From contig OZ076409.1 of the NCBI GenBank assembly GCA_964187785.1, positions 8,248,001 through 8,312,000 of the forward strand: a DNA stretch of 64,000 bases, in the 5' to 3' direction. The stretch comes from Amphiscolops sp. MND2022 (taxonomy: Eukaryota). A program made the translations under genes and the position numbers. The notes below the pieces were generated by a model that was not told the origin of the DNA, searched no databases, and saw only the letters and a program-made list of their open reading frames with translations. This document shows positions 39,695-53,820 of the stretch, piece after piece (within the stretch, counting starts at the first letter, position 1; every line of letters begins with the position of its first letter).

Positions 39695-40103
39695 CTAAAA
39701 CATTAAAGGAAAGTTCTAGTTGAAAAATGCTTTAAAGCTCTGAAATTTTTTCAACCAATGTTAAAAACTATCGCGGATTTCTCCTATATAAAAGATTCAT
39801 TTGGATAACAAAAAAGCTGTCAGTCCGAGAAAAAAACAATTCATTTCTTCTTCTTTCAGTTTTACACGGTCTTACATCTGTGTATTTGGGCATTGAACAA
39901 AAGTAAAATGAATATACTATATTCATACATATATAATTCCAGAAAAACAGCGAAAAAAACAAAAGCTATGAAAAGGCACTGGGGTAAATTAAACAAATTA
40001 ACATGAATCAGTGAGTCAGTTGGTTTGGCAGCTTTGGATATTTGATGCATGACGATTACGTAACTAGCACTACTTCTAATTCCAGCAAACAGTACAATCT
40101 GTT

Positions 40104-41493
40104 TTAAAAATAGCACACTTTTTCCAATTTGATTTCCTTCTGACAATGCATAAGCCAGTTGAGCACCAACAATGTTTTGTCAAACTCGGTCATCGGGGGG
40201 TTTATCACTTGGTTTTCAGCCAGTCCGTGCTGGGATAAAACGTACGGACCCACTGGCTGGGGTCTAGGTTCGTTCAACGAAGGTATGGACCCGATGTCTG
40301 AAGGAAACTTGGACAAAGATCGTTTGCGGAACCTTTTCATCACAGTTTCACTCACGCCTTGACTGTCGAAAAAGCTGTTGAGTTTTCTCAAATCTTTCTC
40401 AAAACTTCGATAAAAAGACTGCGGCGATGTGTCTTGGTGACTGTTTGCTTTAAAGGACATGTCCTTTTTGTTCATTGATGATCTGGGTTGGAGAGTAGCG
40501 TCCATTTTGGAAGTTATGGTTGAGTAGTCGTGGTCTTTTCCGGCTGAAACGCCACTAGGCGGCTCGATCTTTCTTCTGGTCCAGAGAGGACTTGTCTGGA
40601 TCGCGCTGGAATTGCCAGTCATCGGTGTATTGGCTGTCATCGAGGGCGCTTTCAACGTCCGAATCGGCAAGTTTGGCGATCCAGGCGCCGACTGCCCATA
40701 GATTATGTGACTTTCTTGAGACGGAGTTTGTTGCATACATGTATTTGTGGCATGGGGCAAAGTTTGTTTGTTATCGTGTTGACAAATTGTCTGAGGAGTT
40801 GTCAACTGCATGGATTCCGGGGGTGTCGTGGTTGAAAACGATGAAAAGTCGAAATAGCTTTTGACTTGGTTGCTCTTAGCTGGAGCCGTGTGGGCAGGCG
40901 GGGAATTGTTGCCTCCGGAAGTGACTGAAAGTTTGCGCAGTCTGAAATTGGGGTTGGTGAATGGAATGGGTTGCTGGGAAGAAGCACCCCCGGCGGATGT
41001 TGACGCATGGTTCTGACCCTTTAAATGGTAGTCACTTGTTTGGGTGCACTTGGATTCCAAATTATCCGCCAGCGGCAGTGGCTTGCAACCCTGTTTATGT
41101 ATGTCGTTCAGAGGAATCCGCAGTTGCTTGTTTTTGGTTGTTGGCGTCGGAGTTGTGCATTGCGATTGAATCATTTTGGTGGAGGGAGATTTTGATTGGT
41201 TCAGACGATTGCTGGACGCTGATTGGCTGTTCAGTGCGTGGAGTTGATTGACTCGGGGAGTGGAGTGGTTAACCATGAGGGAATTAGCGGTATCTAGGGT
41301 CGCGTAGCCACTGCTTTTATGTTCCGGCGAGGAAGAAACAGATTGATTGTTAGTGGCCGCGATGGAATTTTCCATGGAAAGCACCCTTTGTTGTTCTTTC
41401 GGCTCCCCTAGTTGTTGTTGTGGCGAAGGAGACGTTTCATTCTGACGATTATGATACGGGCTACTGCGTCGCCGTCTACAGCTTCCTTCGAAC
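40104..41493 (-). CDS. Gene A terminal coding exon, low-complexity S/T/Q/P-rich
   Basis: Acceptor ttatttctag|G TTC, 463-codon open frame ending in TAA. GC-richer than the flanks. Confidence 0.85.
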
Positions 41494-42242
41494 CTAGAAA
41501 TAAAAAGAAAACAGTCTTGTTTAAATTCCAAAACAACATTTAAATTCCATACATTTTCTATTTTCTTAGAACTCTAAAACTAACCCGTTTAACAGAACGG
41601 AGGCATAGAAGAACACAAAGCTACAATATTATATGATGATCTGGGTTGGCATAGTAAAACTTTTTTTCTGAAAAAAAACAAGAACTTGTTTTTTTTCGAA
41701 AAAAAAAACGTTTTTAAAAATTTTTTTTTGACAAAAATCTAAATGAAAATGATTTTAAAAAAAGGAAATTTATAATTTATAATGGAACATTTAGACAATA
41801 AAGCCAGATGCTTTCACATTTTCCTCGTTTCTGGGGAAGGTTTACATGAACGATTCTTGATTGTTAACTTCCAAGGGGGAAGTTGTAAAACTTTTATTGA
41901 TAAGCATTCCGAAGAACGTAACTTTAATGACAGCTCAAGTCTATAAAATGACGGCATTTCGGTTATTGACCTTTCAAGACATCAATACTCAACAAAAAAA
42001 AGAATTTTGCCGAATCCGATCTCTAAACAGTATGCGATACTTTATACAATTGTATTTGCTTGAATTCAAAAGTACTTTTTCAACAGTTTTTTGAGCTTCC
42101 TTGAATCGGTTTGTAAAATCATTGTGATCAAAAGACATGTTCAGAATTCGTGTGAAAATATGAATTATCAAGATTTTTGCAGTATCCATGCTTTGTAGAA
42201 AAAAACATGTCAACCATGCAAACCTCTGATGGACAATAATTA

Positions 42243-42398
42243 CCGTATTTCTTCGAATACAGGCCGCGGCTTGTAAGTTTTCTTCGTAGCGATTTCGCGG
42301 CTTATATTCGGTGGGCAATCTATTTTTTTCAGGCTTAATGAGGCTTCTAATCGGGGCCGGCCAATTTTCGGGAGTGACTTCTATTCGAAGAAATACGG
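42243..42398. mobile_element. 156-bp Tc1/mariner-type MITE
   Basis: TIR CCGTATTTCTTCGAATA / TATTCGAAGAAATACGG with TA on both sides. Confidence 0.8.
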
Positions 42399-43674
42399 TA
42401 CTTAGGAACTACCATCTACCACCATTTGAAATATGGAACTTTTCTTACACTTTCGACTATCTACAGTACTCAGTATTGGCATCAGGGATGTAAAAAATAT
42501 TGCATTTGAATATATTGGCAATATATAAAATCTACTGATTTCTTAGTTTTGTACAATACTTATACAATACAATAAACATGTACTTATTTTTGTACCAATC
42601 CAATCTATTTGTTTTCAAGTTTTTTGTGTTAGATGTATTATTGACGTTTTGGGTCAATATATTTTCATTAAATATATATTTTCATTATTCATTTTAATGT
42701 TGGCGAAATACAAGAAACTCAATTCAATTTCTCGGCCAACTGTTATATAAAGTATTCAAATTTATTTGCTGATCTTGTAGAAAAATCAATTCAGGAAGTT
42801 TGTTAAAAATTATTGATGGTTATAAATACAGTTCAAGAAGTGTACCAACAAAATACTTTGTTCGAACAATATATTTTTCCCCACACATTTTTGGACAATA
42901 TATTTAATATACTTTTTGTTAGCCAGCAGCAAATAGATATATTTATTTTTCAAAAAATAATATTTAAATACAATATTTTACATTCCTGCTTCGAATCAAA
43001 TATCTACCATTTAAAATGTTTTTTTTTACACTTTCAACTATCTACAGTAATGCTCAGTATTGAAATTGATGCAAGCTTTCGGGTGTCTAGCACCGCAAAT
43101 TGAATATTGAATTTTAATTTGAAGAAGAACGCGTTGCATGTTGAGGGAAACACCGAAATACAAATCAAAGAACTATTTGCTATTTCGATGACGGTGAAAA
43201 AAATCTTTTTTTTCTGTCGCGGCCTTACGATGACTCATGTGTAATTTATTGCACCTGAGAAGAAATGATGCGTTTGACGCTTTGAAATTTTATCTAAAAA
43301 TGTTTTATTGTACGTCGGGTCGGCCGGCTAAACGTCTGCATCGAAGACGTGAAATTAATCATAAATGAGAACTAATTGAAAACACTTCTCTATGCATGAA
43401 CACCTTATTGATATAAAATTTTCAATTCATTTTCAAGCGAAAAAAAATGAAGCAAATATTCTCTTTGCTGAAAATACAAGGAGCATTACTGCACGTAGAA
43501 TGTGGGATTAAACTTGAACTCTTAGTTGTTAAAATTGAACGTTATTAGAAACAGCTGGCAAGATGTTGTTTCAATAGCGTGATAAGATCAATTTTGAGGA
43601 GGCAAAGCAGTTATAAAATTTCTAGAAAAACAGAGGGATTAGTTAGTTATGAAAAGAGAGGTATTACTACTAAC

Positions 43675-44703
43675 GGAGCGAGGTTATTACTGTTGAAGAC
43701 AACTGTTGAACTGTCTTGAATGCACGTGTTGTCCAAGAAGTGCGAACCTGGACCTCGTTTTGTCATGACGTCATCGGTTGCGACAGAAGCGACACTGCTT
43801 TGAAGTTGCGTGACATTTGTGAGAGTGTTCATCATTTCTTTCCGCGAGGAGTAGGTCGCTATTGTATGACGGTCGCCACCGCCATTTGCAACTGAAGCCC
43901 CGGCATTAGGTACTGACACTTGAGGCGGCACCGGGTGTGGTGAGAAAAACTGTTGCTGCTGATGCTGTTGGATTGGGCACGAGAGGTACTCGGTGTTAGT
44001 GGATCCCGCCGCTAACATTTGACCTGGAGCATTCGCATTCAAAACCGCCGCGCCGTGACAGGTCATCGGGGGGTCATGGGTCGCGGACCTGCTTCGATGA
44101 CCTTGACCTTTAGGATGGCGGCACTGAGATGAGGAGGAATAGTTATTGACACTTTGATGTTGCACTGCCCCGTTAGCAGACAAGATGGGGTCTCCTCTAA
44201 CGTGGGATATATAATGGATTTGTCTCCCAGAAGACGAAGATCTGTGCTGCTCCAGGAATTCCGATGTGTGTATTGCAGCACCCATGTAGTAAGGGACCAG
44301 TTTTTCCACGACCCCGCTACTGAACACGGGATAGTATAGCACATTTTCCATTTGCGACAGTGGCAACGAGTTTTCCCTGGAATGGGGCGAAACTCTCGAC
44401 TGGTGCTGATGATAGAGGGAATGTGAGGTTGACGCTTTCCTGGAATGCTGGGCGTGACTGGCTCTGGACCCAGTTCCAACCCCTGGTGCCCCGGAAAGGT
44501 GGTCATTAAAGGGGGGCGGGGAAGAGGAGTAGAAAAGGATGGGTTGGTAGGTTGGGTTGTTTCCCACTTGTTGGCTGCAACTGGCACCCGCCGGATGAGT
44601 TCCAGTGCCTATCGGGTGCAAGGGGGGAGTTCTGGAGTGATTGGAAAAACAACAACCGTCTGAAACTTCTTGCTGGGCCATTTCGTGTCTCGAAGCTTCA
44701 TAC
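43675..44703 (-). CDS. Gene A internal coding exon (phase 2 to 2), S/H/Q-rich
   Basis: Acceptor tttttggttgtag|G TAT and donor CC|gttagt. 1029 nt, in frame with both neighbours. Confidence 0.85.
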
Positions 44704-45879
44704 CTACAACCAAAAACCTCAAATATAATTATAGTTTTTTTCACGAAAAATGTTTTAAACATGTTTTTTTTGCATTTTATTGTTTTTTTGCGCTCGTGAA
44801 AACTACAGTGGAAAACAACGTGTTATGCGCAACGCTTTTTCATTTAATGCCAAGTATTTCATTGCACAAAAGTGTAACAAATGAATATAAAGCATGAAAG
44901 TCATTCACTCTATTGAATTACTTGCAGATATCATGTTTCACGAAAAGGGTAAAAGTACCAAACCAATTAAACAGTCAGAAACTAGACCATAAACAACTGA
45001 ACAAAAATGTCTGAAAAAAAAACAGGAAAAAACAGTGTTTTCTTTAAATGGTTTTTTATCATGTTTTCTTGGGTTTTAATCATGAATAAAACACCTTAAA
45101 AACCTTGGAAATTATAATAAACAGTAAAGGGTGGAAACAGTCACAAACTGTTGATAAAACGTTATTTAGGAGTGATAGTACATAACTTTTGTCAATATTT
45201 GACCGAAAACACAATTATCTCTAAGTTAACTGAACCAGATATTTTTGCTTTTCAGATATTTTATGCTGTTTTTTTGCGACCGAGTATAGGCATACCCAAA
45301 GTACCAACAGACTCCAGTGAAAGTAGGCTTTACTAGCTTGTTTATGACCGTTCAACAAGTTAAAATCTGTTATGTTAACAAAACTAGGCCATAAGGTAAC
45401 CCGAGGGTTGTGATCGTAAACCATGGTCTAATTGGGCCAGAGGGAATTGACAAAAACATTGGGACGCTAGCCTCTATTTTTGTCCATCATTAATGGACTG
45501 CTTTTTTCATGTACCTTCATTTTGCTTCAAAACTTTGGGGAAAAAAGAAATAAGCCCGAAAGTGAATTGTCGAGTTATGCTGTGATTTGCAATGCATTTT
45601 CGGTTGCCTGGGGTTTCAAGGTCGAATAAAAGCAGCAATTTGATCGAAATTGTCTTTAAGAAACGTCATCAAGGTCACAGCGGCAAGTCGAAAAACTTTA
45701 TCGTGCTGACTTTTGTTCTTGTCAAGAATTTTAATGATCAATTCTTTTGTTGCGTCCAATTTTCATCTTGAATTAGTTCTCGGTTTTTATAGAAGAACCG
45801 CGCTTTCATTATAAAACTTTTTGAATTAAAAAAGCTCTTTGTCCAAATGTTTTTGCCAGAACCGATGAATTAAATGTAC

Positions 45880-46384
45880 TTTTTAGTCGGCGCATTTTAG
45901 TAGAAAATTAGGGTGGCGACTAATACAGAGGCAGGTTTGTTTTTGTCAGATAACAGAATGTATGCGTAGTGGACACTTTTTACAGAACTACTAAACTACT
46001 AGACCGGCAACCGGAAACGCATCTAAGTTAGTGCAAAGGGTCCCCTCTTTTGTGTACTCAATGTTTACCATAAGATACAAAATCGGACGAGACTATAGGG
46101 TCCCTCCTTCAAATTTTTTCGGCACTGTGAGACTTTTTTTCGAAAATTTTTTTGTCGCCAAAGGGTCCCTCATTCGATTTTATTGGAGTCCCCCCTCATA
46201 ATATCCGAAGTAAAGCGCTATATTCAAACTTTTGACGTTATATCCAAACTATATTGCGTTTTATTAAGGAGGAGGCGGAGGTTCGAAAACATGAGTTTTT
46301 CATTGAAACGTCCTGCGCATATTTCAAAAACTGCGCTTTTTCAGCTTTAGATATAGCGCCAACTTTAGACGTTCCCGTCTTGTT
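45880..46384 (+). mobile_element. HINE family 1
   Basis: TTTTTAGTCGGCGC...CGACTA 5' hairpin, 3' subTIR GCGCCAACT, stem-loop AGACG-TTCC-CGTCT, terminal TGTT. Confidence 0.8.
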
Positions 46385-47610
46385 GGTCATTGCAAGCTCC
46401 CAAGGTTTTTTCTATTTTGGATGCGTGACATTGCCGATAGTATTTCCCAAACGATCAAACTTATTTCAACAATTGTTTTCTAAAATCAATAAACAATTTC
46501 CAGAGACTAACAAAAAATCTCTGCCGTGATTTAAACCTTTTTTAAATTTCGTTTAATCTATTTTATCAAGTCTGATGATGTAAAAAAATCAGCATTTGGC
46601 TAAGTAAACGAACGTGATAAGCTCAAAGCGTATAAAAACGGATTAAAGGGAACAAAATTCGATTGAATGTTTTTTTGTTTTATCTTGTTTAGCCGATAAT
46701 ATATTGTTTCCTAAGCTGCCCACGTAATAGCTTCTTTTCTCTTTGAGATGTGACACTGTAATTGAATTATGATTGGAGTCTGGTATAGAGGGTATCAATC
46801 GATTGCGAATGTAAGACTATACAAAATATTGCCTTATCGTCCAAGCTCAAAGTTCAAAGCTTCCGCTTTATCTTCCCAACAAATCCAAATATAGAAACTA
46901 GCATTCCAAAATAATGCTTCTGTAGCCCCGGTAGCATCTAATTCGCATCTAACAACATTGTGCCGATTATCTGTTACTTTGTCATTGAAGAACGCCAAGA
47001 AGAAAGTTAAGATGCAACCGTTTTTAAATAGGAAATCAAGGGGAAATCAAGGGGAATTTTAAAAATAGCAATCCAAGGGTAAAGATTGTCACAAAAAACC
47101 TCACTTGGAATGGCGATTTAGACCGTGGAGTACCTAGCGTCTAAATGGTTTCCTACTTTATTGACAATCGTCAAGACTAAATTTAAGTGCGTACTGACTT
47201 GCGGAAGCAAAAACGCCCTCGCAATTCAGATATGGTTTCAATAAAAAGTGCCATATATGGTTCTGAAAGGTATAGGAGAACCTTAGCTAGCAAATTATAA
47301 GTGTAACGAAGGAAATTTTCCGAAGAATATTAAAAATCCAAAGGAATTAAGACCTAAATCATCCGGAAAAATTGCCAATATCTGGCACAAATGCACGTAG
47401 CTTGCTACTTGCCGAAGAACTTGTAATTTCATTGGAGAAAGATATTTTTATGTAAAAACCAGAAGCATGATTTAAAAAATCGCGGAGGCTTTTGATAACG
47501 ATGATGCTTTTAGAATCATGATTTTGTGAAGCATTAAATACTAACAACGAAAAAGGGGCTCCTTTGGCGGCATAAAAAGATTTCAGAAAAACGTCTCACA
47601 ATACCGGAAA

Positions 47611-48763
47611 ATAAAACGGGAACGTCTAAAGTCGGCGCTATATCTAAGGCTCAAAAAGCGCAGTTTTTAAACCTGTAAAAGGGGGACCCTTCGAGCTTTT
47701 TGAAAATCCAGTTTGTTGCAAAATATCAAAAAAATTGAAGGGGGAATCCTTTAAAGACATTTTTTTTTAAATTTTCGAAACAAAACGAAAAATGAGAATT
47801 TTGAACAGTCTCATAGTGCCGAAATACATAAAAGGGGAGACCCTTTGGGCTTTTTGGCACTTTAGTTTGCTGCAAAATATCAAAAAAACGAAGGTGGGAC
47901 CCTTTGAAGATTAAAAAATCGAAAAAAAGTCGCAGAGCGCCAAAAAAAATTGAAAGAGTCGCACAGTGCCGAAAACAATTGCTCGGAAAAGTTTCTGGCT
48001 AAGGCAAGGACTCGAACCCGTGACCGCTGGGTTCACCGTAAACCGAGTAAGACTGTACTGACGAGTACACGTGAACGAGTGAAGTCTGTAAAAAGTGGTA
48101 CATGCACGATGAGGTCTGTGGTCTGACGGAAAAAAAGAAAACAAGACGGGAACGTCTAAAGTCGGCGCTATATAAAAGCTTTGAAAACACTTTCGAGACA
48201 CCCAAAGTGTGCCTTTCATGCTCGATATGACTGGAAAATCACTTTTCTCGACTGGAAACAAAAAAATTTGAAAATTTTTTTAAAATTTTTTTGAAAAAAT
48301 TTTTTTTGAAAAAAACTTCGAAAACGTCGCATAGTGCCGAAAAATGAAAAGGGGGGACCCTTTGGGATTCATTAACATACTTTCTGTTGCGAAATATCAA
48401 AAAATCCGAAGGGGGGACTCTTTTGAAAAATTAAAAATTTTCGAAAAAAAATTCGCACAGTGCCGAAAAAAATTGAAAGGGGGGACCCTTTGGAGTCTTC
48501 CGGTTTTGTAGGTTACGTAAAAAAGGTAAAAAACGAAAGGAGGGACCCTTTGCAGTAAGTTTGCATTGGTGGAACTTGGCCTGAGTGAACTTATCAGTTT
48601 CTGTAAAAAGTGGTACATACGCGATGAGCTCTGTGGTCTGACGAAAAAAAAAAAACTAGCCACTGTAATAGTCGGGCTTTTTTCCTTAAAGGAAAATGCG
48701 CCGACTAAAAACTAGTCACTGAAATAGTCGGGCTCTTTTCACTAGAAAAGCGCCGACTAAAAA
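47611..48763 (-). mobile_element. HINE family 1 with a second copy (48139-48710) nested in its A-run
   Basis: Two starts (47611, 48139) followed by two ends (48710, 48763), in last-in-first-out order. Confidence 0.8.
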
Positions 48764-51039
48764 CAGTAAAACCAAACCTTCTGAGTTGTCTAGTAACGAC
48801 AAAAGCTTTAAAAGCTATGGTAGCCAAAAAATGTACCCTTTAGAAGCACCCGGGTATGCTTTCTAGGAAGGTAGGAAGGCCTAGAGAAATTCTGCGAACA
48901 GTGGACCTTTCAATATGAGCTCACCTAGGTCTGTGGTCTGGAGAAAAAAATCTTGTCACTGTAAGAGTATGGAATTTTTGTTTCCCAAAAAGCGCCGACT
49001 AAAAACAAGAAAAGCAAGATGGTATTTTCAATATTACATCACAAGGTCCTTTTCAGGGGCTTCTATGTTAATTCTTTTTGGTTAATTTAATTTATTGCCT
49101 GTTATTTATGCCCTCTGATAAAATAAATTATTATTAATTATTATAAGAGACAATTCGCGACCTTGGCAAATTGGGTCAACTAGGTGACCTTGGAAAAATT
49201 TGACTCCATGGAAATTTTAATCAATCCAGGGAAACGATTGACTGTTGAACACAAGAGCATCTAGAGTTAATCCTTAACTTCTGTCACCATTAAAGGACGG
49301 CTTTGGTAGCTTTGCCTCCGGTTGAAATTGGATTTGGCGCTGGATTAGAAATGACTCAAGATCATTCTCCGTTTTCAATAGACACTTAACGCCACTTTTA
49401 CTCGCTTCGCAAAGCTCCATGCTTGTTATAACTAGCTTTGCTCAGGAGCTGCGGAAAGCAACAGTCATTGCTAAAGCAACGGAACATTGGGACTGCTGTT
49501 ATGGTGGCATTGTTAAATCTTAGCGACTTTCTTACTCCTCAGTTCAGGTCAAATGCGTTTCACTCTTGCTTTGGCTAGCATTTAATGAGTCATTTAATAA
49601 TAATTTTGTAATAGTAGTACAGTGTAGTATCATAATTTAGTACTAAGTAGCTTTACTGCGTAGTATTCTGGCATGTTCACAACTGGCATTAAACACGACT
49701 GGAGTCAGCTGATACTGTAATTGGTAAACATAGACAAACAACCAACCATGTTCGAACATTCAATTCAACTCAAAAATTCCAGGGACAGAAATCTATCTGC
49801 CATCTAGAAGCGCCGACGCCGCGCCACTTGAATGCTTTTTGTGTCATACAAGAATTACAGTATAAATTATTATTATTATATCGCCGCTACAGCGAGCAAC
49901 TGCTGCAGTATAATTGATTATTCACTCTCCGGAGAAATGGAGAAATAAAACTAAGGATATTTATTGCGCCGCACGGAGCGTAGCGCTGAGATAGAGATAC
50001 AATAATAACGGAAAATAACACCTGTCTAATCGAACAAAAGCAATGCTCGTCCAAACGTGCCAAACAGGACCCAGTTCAACGGTGTGAAAACATTCTTTTC
50101 AAAAGAATTCGTTCACAGTGATGTCACGATTGAAAAACCATTGTTTACAATGTCAATGTTGTTCACACAAGTGTTCACGCTTGATATCACATTTCATCAC
50201 CTCAAAGAGAAACGAAGACCGATGAAAATTGACCGCTTTTGAAATCTTTTTTTTTTAAAAGGCCGAATAGCAATGGATTTTGAAGAGACAAAGAAAAGCA
50301 ATCTCAGACAAAATGCAATCAGTCGTTGCATTTTTACTTAGCATAACCGGGTAGCAATAATAAAGCAGGCAATAATTTATTGAATATTCAATGAGGGCGA
50401 TTGAATGAAGCCTTTGGCTTGGCAAATTGTGAAGCAGTGGATTGTGAAGGAATTAATATGTAGGTAGCAAATTCCCAGGAGGACAATTTAGGTGACTCCA
50501 TATTTGAGCTGAATTGTTTTGCAAAATGCAAAATAGGCAATAATGAGGGTTTTGATAAGCTGTAAGAACAATAAAACTGCTTTGAAGCAACTTTGCGCTC
50601 CGATCTAGATCAAACTTGTTCTTGAAGGCCTGTTCTGGCTGTTTCTACAAGAAACAGAGATGATAATAACATTTTCTCAGCATTCAGCGAACGATTGAAA
50701 AGGATTTGTATTTGGCCAGCAATTGGCCCAAGGTTGCGAAAAAAGACCCGGTAAACTTCGTGAAATCAAAGGCATGAAAAACAAAAGGGAATGCTTCCTA
50801 TTTTATTTCAACCGATTCACAACTTTCCCTATATTACAATAGTGAATTTTTTTGTAATTTTGTAAATTGCCTGATTATACACTGTTATTTAAAATTAGGA
50901 AATAAAATTATTTTTTTAGAAATAAATAAAATTTTTTGAAACGAATTTTTTTTATTTCAAATAAACTGTTTTTACAGTACTAAAAATAAATAATTCCAAT
51001 TATTGAAAAAGTTCAACATGAAAACTATTCACAACAAGG

Positions 51040-52135
51040 AACAAGACGGGACCGTGTAAAGGCGGCGCCCGCCTAAGGCTCCAACATCGCTAACTCTTTT
51101 AACAGCACTTATCAGTGTGAACTTCAAACGATTTCTGAAAAAAACTCAGCGCAGAAACTATCTGATGTGAACAAACTCAGTTAAAAAAAGTTGACGCTCC
51201 AGATCAGAGCCTCTATTTTATTGCGTTAAAAATGCCTGAATGTGCGTAAAAAAATTGCGCATTGAACTAAGAAAAATTGCGTTAAAAATTGCGCTAAAAT
51301 TAAATTAAATCAGAGGAATTGACAACATTTAAATACCAATAAATGACACTGTATTGCCGCAAATGGCTGGCTTTGTAAAAACAGCTAGTTCAACACAGCT
51401 AGTTCAAAATTTTATAATTGTATCCTTTTGCTGGTTTTCGAAAGAATTTCGCCCAATTTTGCGTTAAAATAAAACAAGACGGGAACGTCTCAAGTCGGCG
51501 CTATATCTAAGGCTCAAAAAGCGCAAAACATTTTTTTTTGGAAAAAAACTTGAAATTTTCGAAAAAAATTTCTTTCGGAAAATGTCGCACAGTGCCGAAA
51601 AATGTACAAGGGGGGACCCTTTTTGATTTATAAACACGCATTCTGTAGCAAAATAACAAAAAACTCAAAGGGGGGACCCTTTGGGGACATTAAAAAAATT
51701 TCGAAAAAAGTCTCACAGCGCCGAAAAAAAATCGAAAGGGGGGGTACGAAACTTTAGTCCCGTCCGGGCTTGTATGTAACGTTTAAAAAGTAAATGAATG
51801 CGCTCCCCGTTTGCCTTTAGCGGTCCAGTAGTTTAGTACTTATTTAGTAGTTGAACGTTAATTTTAACGTTCGTCGCTTCGAGTCTGTCTTAAATAAAAA
51901 AAATAATAAAAAAAACGAGTGACTGTAATAGTCGGGCTCTTTTCTTAAGAAAATCGCCGACTAAAAAATGCGTAATAAATGAAAATGGCCAAATTTTGCG
52001 TAAAGCATTGCGTTATGGCTAACGCAATTAAATAGAGGCTCTGCTCCAGATGCATTCTGTGGTCTGATGCAAAAAATGAAGAAATCAGTCACTGTGATAG
52101 TCGGGCACATTTCTTACAAAGTGAACCAACTAAAA
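51040..52135 (-). mobile_element. HINE family 1 (older copy) hosting nested elements
   Basis: AACAAGACGGGACCGTGTAAAGGCGGCGCC start. Decayed end CACTGTGATAGTCGGGC...CCAACTAAAA. Confidence 0.65.
51205..52043. mobile_element. hAT-type MITE, 8-bp TSD CTCCAGAT, itself containing HINE 51471-51968
   Basis: TIR CAGAGCCTCTATTT / AAATAGAGGCTCTG. TSD at 51197-51204 and 52044-52051. Subterminal TTGCGTTAA repeats. Confidence 0.88.
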
Positions 52136-52970
52136 AAAGCTTAGCTTTAATTCCTGTATGTACAAAAAGGACTAGCTCTGTTTGTAAACACTTGAGTATG
52201 GGTCCCAGATGCAAACACCGATGTTCTTGAAACCCAAGTCATCAAAGTACAGCCAGAATCCCATACATACAGCCTGTCGAAATATTTATTCAATATTGAT
52301 AATTCGATAATCAGGCAACTTCTATTTCAATTCTCAAAAAAATATTATTTCAGGGTGAGCGTGTGAAAATAAAAATCTTATGACAATGTTTGTTTCTGTA
52401 TCCCTCGTGATTATATTATGAAGATACAATCACATTGAAATTAAACCAGTATAAAAAACACTATAAATTCCATGTAATATCATTTTAAAAATGGATATTT
52501 TAAATTTATTGAAGGAAATCTTTCGAATTTCTCGGAGATTTTTGGAATTTGCAGAAGCATTGCAGTCATTATTATTATTATTATGCATATACCGTTTGAG
52601 CTGCAGTGTAATTTTATTTTTCGTTGTAATTAACATTTCGTAAGTTTTAAATCGACTGCATTTGGTACACAATGATTCGATTTTGGCGCCCTACTTTCTT
52701 GTTCAAGCGCTTTTTACAGCTTTGACTACCAAGTAACTTGATTTATTACATTGAATATGAGGACATACGCGGAATTCACTGCCCTTTTTGCTCTCTGCAT
52801 TTCAATCGCACGGACGCCGTATTTATTAATAATCTTTCGAATTTATTCCATCCCTCTAAAATACCAAATGAGACAATGCCAAAATCCTCTCGATTAGCAG
52901 TTCATACCAAAAATTAATCATTTTCGGCATTGTTCCTTCCTTGCTGCCATGAGCGCCAATCATGCTCCTC

Positions 52971-53820
52971 AAACAAACCGGGAACGGCATAAGTCGGCGC
53001 CGTACCTAAGGCTCAAAAAGAGCATAAGGACTGCAAAGGGTCAAGTATTCTCTTCTACAGTACACGAAAAACCCAAAAGTTGGAGCGAACTAACCCTGGC
53101 CTGCTAAAAGGGGGGGACACTTTCAGAGTTTTCAACATTTCTGTCGCAAAACATCAAAAAAATTGAAGGGGGGACCCTTTGGTGGAAATTTTTTGAAGTC
53201 TCACAATGCCGAAAAAAATTGAAAGGGGGACACTTTAGTTTTGCCCGGTATTGAATGTTGCGAAGAAAAAAAGGAAGAACCCTTTTGGTTAAGTTCCTTG
53301 GGCAATTTGACACCTTTTGTAGAACTTTTAAGATCTATTTTGGTCAGTTCGTGTGGATTGAAAAAAAGTGACGATAATAGTCGTGTTTAACTTCACAAAA
53401 CAAGACAGGAACGTCTAAAGTCGGCGCTATATCTAAGGCTCAAAAAACGCAAAGTTTTTAAAATTGTAAAAGGGGGGACCCTTTCGGCTTTTTGGAACTT
53501 CAGTTTGCTGCAAAATATTAAAAAACTTGAAGGGGGACCCTTTAGCGACAAAAAAATTCGAAAAAAAGTCGCACAGTGCCGAAAAAAATTCAAAGGGAGG
53601 ACCCTGTAGTCCCGCCCGGTTTTGTATCTTACGTTAAAAATTGAGTACACGAAAGGGGGACCCTTTGCACTAACTTAGTGCGTTTCCGCTTGCCGGTCCA
53701 GTAGTTCAGTAGTTCTGTACTAAAAAGTGTCCACTACGCATACATTCTGTGGTCTGACGAAAAAAAACTTGCCACTGTAATAGTCGGGCTCATTTTGTTG
53801 TTAAAATGCGCCGACTAAAA
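52971..53820 (-). mobile_element. Two adjacent or nested HINE family 1 copies (52971-~53400; 53398-53820)
   Basis: Two AACAA..GGAACG starts with AGTCGGCGC. The second copy sits in the terminal hairpin region of the first. Confidence 0.7.

Noticed and set aside
44063..44663. Overlapping or antisense ORFs on Gene A exons (also 40159-41251 and 58418-59032)
   Set aside because: Shadow frames of GC-richer coding exons with no independent evidence.
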